Shown here: one piece after another, positions 25,667 to 36,897 of the stretch | Layout: each line of letters opens with the position of its first letter | Position numbering within the stretch: position 1 is the stretch's first letter | Source of the DNA: Octopus vulgaris | Lineage: Eukaryota | DNA: 64,000 nt | Reading direction: 5' to 3' | Assembly (NCBI GenBank): GCA_951406725.2 | Contig: OX597816.1 | Span: forward strand, 101,680,001-101,744,000 | The notes under the pieces: generated by a model | Seen by the model: the letters and a program-made list of their open reading frames with translations, nothing else | Told to the model about the DNA's origin: nothing | The model's database searches: none | Position numbers and translations under genes: made by a program

Positions 25667-27196
25667 ATATGTATGTATGTATGTTGTTTAATTCATGTTA
25701 AATCACGTTAAATTCAGTGAAGTTTGTAATGGACCAGAGCTTTGACTACTTTACCAAGCAAGATGAATTGGAACTACTTATACATACGTGCACACACACA
25801 TGCACACACATACACACACATACACACACGCACATACATACATACATACATACATACATACATACATACATACATACATACATACATACATACATACACA
25901 TATACATATATTTCTTTAAAGCACACGAGCAACAGATTACTACAAAATTTCTCCTTACAAGTATCTATTTACCGGCATCTTTGATGAGTATAATGATTTT
26001 ATTCACCTAGAAAATGTAACATGTCATTGACATAGATATATATTTAAAACATTGCATTCAATAAATGATTTTTCACATATAATTCTCAATTCATGAAAAT
26101 TGAACTGTTTGATACTTCTGTGCTGAGTATTTCCTTACATATAAAGATTTAAACAAAATGTTTTCCCTCTATTTTTCCCTTTTAAGAGAGTCCAAAAGGG
26201 TTTTATCGGTGCATAGCATACACTGTATGCAAACCATCGAATGTGCATCTACTTGGTCATTTCAGCTGCTAGAAATAGCAGCCAAATCACATACATATAT
26301 ATACATATATGTATACTATATTCATATCTATGTATACATGCATGTATGGATGGATATGTGTGTGTATGTATGTATGTATGTATGTATGTATGTATGTATG
26401 TATGTATGTATGTATGTATGCGTAAAGCCAAGTTCCTTTATTTATTGTCTTTTTTGTCACATTTTAGAAATATTGAATGAGAAAGCAGTAGCTGTGCAGA
26501 GAAAGGTGAAAGGGACATAAAACATATTATGTATAGAGATGAATTAGCTACATACACACACAAAACACACATACATGCATACATACATACACACATACAT
26601 ACACATAATAAAAAAGAGACTAAGAGAGAGTGAAGAATGAAAAAAATTGTTGACAATTAGCAGATTGATAGGCTTTCCGGTAACAGTTAACAGGCTGACA
26701 GGCCTTCCGGTAAACAGAGAGTGAAATATAGGGGAATGGAAAACGGTGTAAAGAAAGATTTGGTGCAAGTAAATAATAAAAAAGAGGAGAGAAAAAAAGG
26801 AGACAGACTCTGCTATAGAACATGTGAAAATTAGTGATGTGTCGTGATAAAATAACAGAAGAATAGAGACTGAATAAATGTCAGAGAGAGAGAGAGATAT
26901 GGAAACTCGGGAACGTGTAAGACGTTGGGAAATGGAGAGAATAGACGTAGATTTTGAATAAGAAAAGCAGTGGAAATCGCATATGGTGAAAGCAGCGATG
27001 GTAGATCTTCATTTAACTTATGCTAACGTTTAAATCCATGAAAAAGGGTGCAACCATTTTAACTACAAACTTGAAACATGATTCATCGTTCGCACATATG
27101 GATGAACGCGTATGTATGTACAGACATTCTAATTCGCGCTCTATCACTCTTTATATGTGTATGTATATATTACATGCTTGAGTTGTATAGTTATGT

Positions 27197-27231
<35 letters not shown>

Positions 27232-27308
27232 CTAACCAACTCATTCTTTCTCTAAGTTTTTTTAAAATATGAACAAATAATAATAGTAATTTCCATCGAA
27301 TCTGACAG

Positions 27309-27469
27309 GGAGAAGTTGAGCTACACGTGTTTTTCTACGACTACCACGATATTGATAAATCAGCTCAGCTTGTTGACTGGTTCGAAACACGACTGGTCCA
27401 GAAAAAGATGCTATCACATGACAACCTTTATAAAAAGCTTCGTGGAAGAAGGAAACTGTTCAAAACGAG
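27309..27469 (+). CDS. Delta-like C2/mucin gene, exon C (MNNL/C2 C-terminal part)
   Basis: gacag|GGA phase-0 acceptor. Encodes GEVELHVFFYDYHDIDKSAQLVDWFETRLVQKKMLSHDNLYKKLRGRRKLFKT, compare Delta WP-GTFSLIxEAWD. Phase-2 AG|gtaagt donor. Confidence 0.85.
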
Positions 27470-27634
27470 GTAAGTGACACAATGAAGAGTACAAAACTTC
27501 AAGCTGCATATCTCTCAAAATCTATAAATTACTTATCATAGAGCCTCTGCAGAGTCACTATACATAATACGTATAAGTCCTTCAAATCATTGTCTACTAT
27601 CTTAAAAGTGAATGGATACATTGAATAATGTAAA

Positions 27635-28190
27635 CTAGCGGGATCCGTGAATATTTCACGAAATTAATGATAAAAATTACTGGGTTATTTCTGAAAACTG
27701 TATCCAAAAGGCATTAAAGCGTAGCCTGTATTGTGTCTGTATCGAAAGATAGTCGCTCGTCTGCTAATCATTGAAAAGTGAAGGAAATTGGAATGCGATG
27801 ATTACTTAATGCACTTTATATATACACTTTATATACTTTATACACAATTTTATAGACTTAATACACAACACTCTCCCTCATTCTCTCTCACTCAGCGCCT
27901 TACCCTCTTTTTCTCTCTCCTTCTTCCTTCGCTCTTCGCCTTTTCCTTCAACTAATCACGTGAAAGCGTTACAGACGGGCTAAGTAACGGAGAAAAACAA
28001 TTTAGTTTTTAAAAATTACACATTTCAATCACCATCAATTCTCCCTCCCCCTTCACCTCCCCGTCCCCACCCCATACCTTTCCCATCCATCCACTCCTCA
28101 TCACTTCCCCATTCCCTCCATATCCCCATCTCCTGATCTAAATAAAATGTCAAATATGTTGGTGCGTGACTTTTGGCCCACCTTGAATGA
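27635..28190 (-). mobile_element. Non-autonomous Helitron 3' end
   Basis: On the minus strand a hairpin CGTGAA-ATA-TTCACG lies about 8 nt before CTAG|T at 27635-27638. The other boundary is approximate. Confidence 0.6.
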
Positions 28191-29608
28191 TGATGTGTGT
28201 GTGTGTGTTTTGTATGTGTATGTGTATATATATATATGTATACCGTATACCGTATGTTTTCGTGTAAAAGTCGAATTTTTTAGACCATTTTAAGGTCAAA
28301 TTTATGGGGTGAACTATTCCATAAATACTACTTTTGAGGGGCTGAAATTCAAACTAGAATCAGCAGCAGAAGCCCAGCTGATCTCTAAGTGAATAAAAAC
28401 AAAAAACACAATGAATCACAGTAATATTACCAATTCTATGCATCAAAACACACGTCCTAGTAAATAACAAAACCCATAAGCAATTTTGCCCCAAAATTCC
28501 TGTCCTCGGTATCTACATAGTCCGAGGTATATTTGTAGAATATTTCATTAAAAAATATCTATTTTCATGAAAGTTAAGACGAATTGAAGTGGACTTCGGT
28601 GAATTTTCCGAAATTCCTCACCCCCTCCAAAAAAACTCCCCTCCAAAAAACTTTCCCTCCAAAATTTTGTATATTTGGAATCTACATGATATAACACATA
28701 ATCGTATAAAATTTCATTAAAAAATATCTATTTTCTGAAAGTTATGATCTTCCAGAAATCTGTAGTTATGCCCGCTACTCGTATATGAACTAAAACTATT
28801 GCTTAGGTGCACACACAATAAAAGATAAAAGACAACACATCGATACAAAGAATTCTAATATTTATTTTCATTAGCCTAAATTATTTTTTACAGAAAATGA
28901 AATTTTTTTGCTCAATTTTTCTTAGCATGGTTTTTTTAAATAAACTATTTTAATAACAAGATTATTAATTTTTTTTTTTTTGTCTCTATGAGCAGTACTG
29001 AATCATGTAGTAGAGCTGTTCAGAAAGGGCAAATGACAAAAATTCAAATATTTTAACAGTCAATTTTCACTTTTTAAATTTTCAAACATGGAGTTAATTA
29101 TTGACATACTAAAAATGACTTTATTTATAATTTATTTATTAATTTTATAGTAAATAGAATATGATTATTTGTGGCTTTGTCTCTGTGAGCAGTACTGAAG
29201 TCTGTAGTAAGGCTGTTCAGAAAAGGCAAATGCTACTTCTAATTATATTCTATTCAATATTAATTTAATTTAATTTAATTTAACATAAAGTCATTTTATT
29301 GAATTTGTATCTTCATTATTTTTTTTTTCATTATTTTAAAAATTCTTTAAATATATTCATTTGTAACTTTGTCCCTGTACAGTACCGAAATTACAGTACG
29401 TACATTATGTCCAGAAAAGCCAGAGTTGCAATGATTATCATGCATTTTTAATTTAATTTCTGAATGAGAATAAGTCAACTGAAAAAATCAAAATTTTTTT
29501 TTAAATTTTCTTGGAAATTTTTGAATTCAAAATGACTGCAAATAATGGTAATTTTATATATTTTTAATTAAAATTTTACTATTACTGCAATGCCTGTAAA
29601 AACACAGG

Positions 29609-29971
29609 ACTAGCCAATGAAAAATGCAGACGCATACTAACAATATTCTTAACAATTAAACCTGGAAAAGTAGAGGACAAGAAAAAACTCATTAAAATTA
29701 AAGCTTAAAATATTACTGCTAAAATCAAAATTTCAAATTTTATTATTAATTCATTTAGTACAAAAAATATAATTAAAATAAAAAAGGAAAAGTGAAATTA
29801 ATTGAGTTAATTAAAAAATATGAAAAAGTACCTAAGAGGTACATTTTAATTTTAATTTTAGCAGCAATATTTTGAACTCTAGTTTTAATGAATTTTTTTC
29901 TTGTCCTCTACTTTTCCAGGTTTAATTGTTAAGAATATTGTTAGTATGCGTCCACATTTTTCATTGGCTAG

Positions 29972-29972
<1 letters not shown>
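29609..29972. repeat. Long high-identity inverted repeat with ~125-bp arms
   Basis: actagccaatgaaaaatgcagacgcatactaacaatattcttaacaattaaacctggaaaagtagaggacaag... is mirrored at about 29845-29972. Confidence 0.9.
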
Positions 29973-30030
<58 letters not shown>

Positions 30031-30068
30031 ATTTATATACATGTATGTATTTGTGCATGTATGTATGC

Positions 30069-30207
<139 letters not shown>

Positions 30208-30460
30208 GTTAAAATCTAAGCTGTGTCCTCTTAAAGCACACCTGCTTATTTCAGTATTCCAAATCTGTATGTAAATGTAAGTTTATGTGAAGTATGCATA
30301 CCAGTTGAAAATACTGGAAAATATTAGTTGCTTCTCTGTCTGAAGAGTTTTTACTAGGATACAATTTTGAAACTCCTCTTAGCAAATGGAACACTCGTAA
30401 TGGTAAATAGATACCAAAAATTTTCCAGTTTTCTGTGCACACACACACACACATACACAT

Positions 30461-30574
<114 letters not shown>

Positions 30575-31314
30575 TGTTCCTCATATTCCATAGTTTGGTC
30601 AGTTGAAGCAATGTAGAGTAAACCATTCTGCCTAGAACAACAGGATACGCCAGCAGTGTGCTTGAACTCATAGCTCATCCACACAACCATCGCACTTCTA
30701 CAGCTGTATCCAGAGATCACTTTGTCCACGGTTATTACTCCCCAACCAAAGTACTGGTCAATGAAAACACAGCTTATCAAATATGTGGTCCATAACTTTT
30801 CGTAGAGTACAAAACAAGATGCAAATCAGAAAACCTTCGCCAACATTGAGAATTGAACCCATAACCCATGGGCTAGTAATTATTATCTTTGCTAAAATAA
30901 GGAGGCAGAATTTAGACATTAAAGCCAATCCTTTTCTCACGTCGAGATGCATGAAGAGAAACACAGATGGTAATGGTAGTGATGGTATCACAGGGGGCGG
31001 TGGTAATAGTGATGTTTGCGTTAATGGTAGGAGGGTGTTGGTGGTAGAAATAATAGTGGTTACGATGGTTGTGAAGGTTGCAATGATAGTGGTGGTGATT
31101 GTGTAATAGTGATGATTGTAGAAATGGCGGTTAGGAAAGAGGTATGGTGGTGGTGGTAGTGGTACGGTCGTGGTAGTGATGGCATTGATAACTATGTGGA
31201 TAGCCGTGTGATTATGGTAGAGCTGGTTGTCGTGTTGGTTGTTTTGGTGTGCGTAAGTATGTGTGCATGTGTGTTCGCGCGCGTAGTTTTGAAGAGGATA
31301 ACGCTGGTGTAGGA

Positions 31315-31648
31315 AGGGAAGAAACGAAAGAAGAGGCGGAGGAAGAAGAAGAAGAAGAAGAAGAAGAAGAAGAAGGAGGAGGAGGAGGAGGAGAAGAAGA
31401 AGAAGAAGAAGAAGAAGAAGAAGAAGAAGAAGAAGAAGAAGAAGAAGAAGAAGAAGAAGAAGAAGAAGAAGAAGAAGAAGAAGAAGAAGAAGAAGAAGGG
31501 GTATAAGAAAATTAACTAAACGACGTATAAGACATAGACTGGGATAAGAGTCAACAGAGAGAGAGGTCGATGTGAATGACGTAGGAGATTGTTTTCTCTT
31601 TAAAACAAGACACCAGAAAGAACGTTTTGATAATACGGACAAGACAGA

Positions 31649-31704
<56 letters not shown>

Positions 31705-31720
31705 CGACGACGACGACAAT
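31315..31720. repeat. (GAA)n/(GGA)n and (GAT)n trinucleotide tracts
   Basis: Seen directly. They generate spurious polyE, polyL and polyI ORFs. Confidence 0.97.
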
Positions 31721-32344
31721 GACGATAATGATTTTATAAAGAGCAAAGTGCATGTAAACGAAGTGATCTGTTAGAGTTTCGTTGTTGATCTGGTGTAATT
31801 TGTATGATATGTCAACAGGAAACTGCCACACTGTGTTTCAATAGACACAACTGTTTTTTTTTTTCTCCCTTTTATTCCTTAAATTTTTTTTTATACTTTA
31901 TTATCCCTTTCTCTCGCACAATCAGAGACGACGGACAATGCAAAAAAAAAAATCGTGACGTTCGGTACACTTTTATCAAACAAGGTCATTAGTGACGTAA
32001 ATATTCATACTTGGAATCGAAACCTGTCTGCCCTGCAGATCTGGGTTTCTTGTTAAGGGAAAATTCCCCTCGGAAGTGTTCTGCATACTAAATAGAAATA
32101 TGGCACGTTGTAATCTGTGTGCCGTATTTTCCGCTATATAATTCAACGTAGTATATAGGGTAAACATGTAGTGTAAGCATTCAAGCTTCGTCACTATCTT
32201 TCCAAATTTTGTTGCATTTTTATTCCTCCAAGTCCACTTATCTATTTTGCTTGTAAAGTTTGGCCTGAAAAATTCGACAAGTATTCGGAACAGTAACATC
32301 GGTCGACCCTCTCTTCTGAAACTGCCAAAATTAAGAAAGTCTAT

Positions 32345-32411
<67 letters not shown>

Positions 32412-32603
32412 TCTGTTGTGTCTGAGGAGAGTCATTTTCATTTTCTACCTTAAATTTTACCGATGTGTTAAATTTAAGGCACAAAAAGAAAATGACTCTC
32501 CCCAGACACAATAGAATATGCTTCAACACACGAACTCACATAAAGAATCTTGCAAACCAAATCAAAAAACGAAATGTGTGTGTATGTGTGTGTGTGTAAT
32601 TAA

Positions 32604-32822
32604 TGATTCCTTCTTGAGCCATGCCAGGCTCATGAGGGCCGGTTTCAATACCGTATAAATTCCCACCTGGACGGAACGCCGGTCCGTCGAAGCTGAGTGA
32701 ACTGGAGCAATGGGAAATGAAGTGTTTTGCTCAAGAACACAACACGTTGCCTTGTTCAGGAATTGAAACCACAATCTTACTATCATGAGTCCAACATCCT
32801 AATCACGAAGCCACACGCCTCC
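32604..32822 (-). mobile_element. Second tRNA-derived SINE family
   Basis: Minus strand A-box GTGGCTTCGTGATTAG, B-box GGTTTCAATTCC, then GTGTTCTTGAGCAAAACACT. Confidence 0.7.
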
Positions 32823-32904
32823 ACGCGCGCACATACACACACACACACATGTATATATTGTATCTAGATACACATTTAATTTATATGATATATATACATA
32901 TATA

Positions 32905-33092
32905 TTTGGCGATTTTTTTTCCTCTGTCTTCCCTTTTCTGGATCTTTCCTTCTCCTATGTTTCCGACGAAGAGCTCCGCTCGAAACGTTAAACCCTCCTT
33001 CTTTCCTTCTTCCTTGAGCGTCCAATAATACTATATTTGTTCCACATCCTCGCGTTGTTGTGTTTTTTGTGCTTTCTTGTTTGGATTAACTT
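32905..33092 (+). mobile_element. Penelope-like terminal fragment with minimal hammerhead motif
   Basis: Embedded in (TA)n and contains GTTT-CCGACGA-A-GAGC-TCC-GCTC-GAAA-CGTT-AAAC. Confidence 0.6.
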
Positions 33093-33154
<62 letters not shown>

Positions 33155-33204
33155 TGAATGAAACAGTTCTAGTCCTGTAGAAGCTCCTTCTATAAAATAA
33201 ATAA

Positions 33205-33272
<68 letters not shown>

Positions 33273-33390
33273 CACATGAATGAAATGTGTATATAGATAC
33301 AATATATATACATAAATATATATTGTATCTATATACACATTTTATTTATATGATATATATACATATATATATACACATATATATATATAA

Positions 33391-33465
<75 letters not shown>

Positions 33466-34040
33466 GGAGACGATAAGGTTTAAAATATGTCATACGAAGT
33501 ATTTGTACGCATCTCACTAGCTGTGGGTGACACAAAACGTGAATGAAGCCAACGAGGAACCCTGCATATGGTTGCACAACCTGTTAGAAATAACTACCAA
33601 ACTTCCCTCCAATTACACGCTACAATTTTAATAAAAGAAGAATATGTTATGTGGTGTCGCCACTTGAGTGCACTCTGCCCTAGTAAAAGATGGAATGGTG
33701 TTGGCTCGAATACATTTCTTCATAGTTTTACTTCATCAGGACTAAACCACATCTTTTTCCTCATTTTTTCTTTTTGTTATTGCTGTCATTGTTCTTCTTT
33801 GTCTTCTTTGTCGTCATCTTCTTTACCATTATCATTGTGGTTTACTAAACAAACAAATTTTTCTGTTATCTTACGTTCACAAAATAAACCACGTGGTTGG
33901 TGACGTAATACCTGACCTCAGATGTCAAGATGACAGCAGTTTTGTTGTCTTTTGATTTCACTATTCAGCAAATAACAAAAGCAAATGATAATAGAAAAGA
34001 AAAAGAGCAAGAAAGGAGGAAAGAAAGAAAGAAAAGTAAA

Positions 34041-34120
<80 letters not shown>

Positions 34121-34204
34121 GCAAGCAGATAGACAGATAGACAGACAGACAGGCAAGCGGGCAGACAGAGAGATAGGAGGCAGATAGACATAGGCAGGCA
34201 GGCG

Positions 34205-34246
<42 letters not shown>

Positions 34247-34267
34247 TAGACAGACAGATAGACAGAC

Positions 34268-34369
<102 letters not shown>

Positions 34370-34958
34370 TTTCTTTATTAGCCACACAGGGCTGCACACA
34401 GATAGATAGATGAAGATAAAAAAATAAAATAAAAAAATAAATAAAAAAGGGGGGGGTCGATCAAAAGGGATCGTAAAAGGAGAGAAAGAGGACAAAAAAA
34501 AATGCGTAGCTGTGTGGTTAAGAGGTATACTTTACAATTATATGGATTAAGGATCGATCCTACTAAGCAGTATTTGGAGCAAGTTTTTTTATCATAGCTT
34601 CGGGCCGCGAGCGAAACCCATCTGAATGCGTAGAAACAACCCATCTGATGCCGTGTTTCTTTCTGTTTGAGGTGGTTCGTTCAATAAATCACGTGACTTA
34701 ACATCATCCTGTCAGTTGATGTCATTATCGGATGTACGCTCTATTGCAAGTATTTAGGCTAGATCTCTAGTCTAATGATTAATGCATTTTTTATACCCAT
34801 CAATCTAGGAGGCCCTGAAAAGGGTCATGGTCATTGCCCTCCAACATCTGTCTTAATAAAAAAAAATATGTGTATCTGCATCAGTATGTGTATGTGTGTG
34901 TGTGTGTATGTGAGTGTGTATTTAATTTTACCGAGGACGACGACGATATGGCGACGAC

Positions 34959-35029
<71 letters not shown>

Positions 35030-35065
35030 GCACATCTGGTAATATTAATACTGTTTTTCTTTCAG

Positions 35066-36819
35066 CCTAGAATTTAATTGGTCGATAACCTGCTCCGACT
35101 GCTCTCGTAACCAAACCAAGAAAACAGATAGCAAGGAAAGTGGTTCGGCCGACCCCACCGGCAAACAGTCCTCTACACAACGTGATAAACAGCAATATTC
35201 TCACTTGAAAGAATTTTTCACCTTCACAGACGAATCAGAAGACTCTCCGCCTTTATTTCATTTGCCGGAGTCAGAAATTTCATCCCAATCTCAAGTGAAA
35301 ACCCAACGAGGAAATCTTATGAAATCTAAACGTATCAATAATGACGTGAATCTTACCTCTAGTGCTGCATCCCGTCTTCTGTCGCCACACTTTAATTCCA
35401 CACTGAAGCAATTCAGAATCAGAAAGACCTTTGTGGTGAAAAACAAGAAGTCTAATACAGGAAATGGGATGGGACACAAGAAATTGTCAAAAACAGTGAA
35501 ACTTAGCAGAGCGGGTAGTAGAAGTTTATCAATACTAACAGATAACAAAGGCGGGGTCTTAAACTCAAAAAGAAATCATCTTAAAGTTATTCGGAAAAAA
35601 ATCTCACGACTAGAAAATGATAACTTATCAACTGGAATGGTTAGTTCTAAAAACCGCATAGTTGACCATATAAATACTGCTCCTCCTTTGACTTTTAATA
35701 AAACTTCAGAAAATGTAATGACAACTCCACTGCCTCCAAGTCATTCTAGTGTCTTGAGAAATCCAAATAATACTGGCAAACATACCGAGCTTCGTTTATC
35801 AAAGAAGGGAATTGACGAGAGGTTTATAGAGACAGTGGTGGCTGCTGTGGAAGACATTTCAAGCGATCAGGTGGATAAAGTAAAATCTTTACGACCTCTA
35901 GAGCATTCAAAAGAACGAAATTTAGAGGCGGGTTCAATTCCAGATAAATTAGAATCGATTGCAAATTTAGTTAAAATTACTCAGAAAGCCAATGAAGATT
36001 ACGTTAAATCAGAAAGTGAAAATGCTCAAAATTCTATCGAAGAAGAGTATCTTAGGTACTCTTCCATCCGTTCGGAAAGTGAAAGCAGCACAACATTTCC
36101 AAGAGACAGTTTGACTCCAGATAACATGAAGAGCATATCATGGACCATCGTGCCTACTCACAAAACTGATTCTAGATCAGAAACTGCTGACTCTAGATCA
36201 GAAAGTAACCCCTTTGAAACGATACCTAGAGATGAATCAAATCCATATTTGGAATTTAAAAGTCCAAAATTAAATAGTAAAAAAACCAGTCAAAAGCTAA
36301 CATCAACTATTGCCAAAGAATCGAGTTATTACCAAAATTCTGTAAATGGAAGTTTAAGCCGAATTAAAGCGACAAACAAATTTTCTATGCGGAATTCACA
36401 TATACGGCGAACGTTTGAGTCACAGCGTGCTACCCAAGATTATCTTTCGAGGGAGTCTCAGACAGCAACAACAACAACAAATACCGTAACAGCAGCAACA
36501 ACAACAGAGTCAGCAATAAGAACTCCTTCAAGAGCAGTTACACCACCAATAATTACAACAACAGCAGGGACAACAAAAACAACACAGCGGTATTTTGACG
36601 TTCGAATACCATCAGAAAAGAAAGACAAAAGTCCAACCAAAATGCAAGTGAAAGAGAGAACTGGATCAACTGTGTCAGCACACATGGTGGTTACATCAAG
36701 GATCGGGAAAGGTGTTAAACCTTCAGCTGCTGATCAACTAATCATACCGATAACCCAACCAAAGTCGCAATCGGAAGTACAGCCGTCCTCGAACAGTAGT
36801 AGTAGTAGTAATAGTAGAA

Positions 36820-36897
<78 letters not shown>

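Noticed and set aside
30758-31831. 357-aa minus-strand ORF and overlapping polyE ORF
   Set aside because: Produced by (GAA)n, (GAT)n and (GGT)n tracts, with no domain or splice support.
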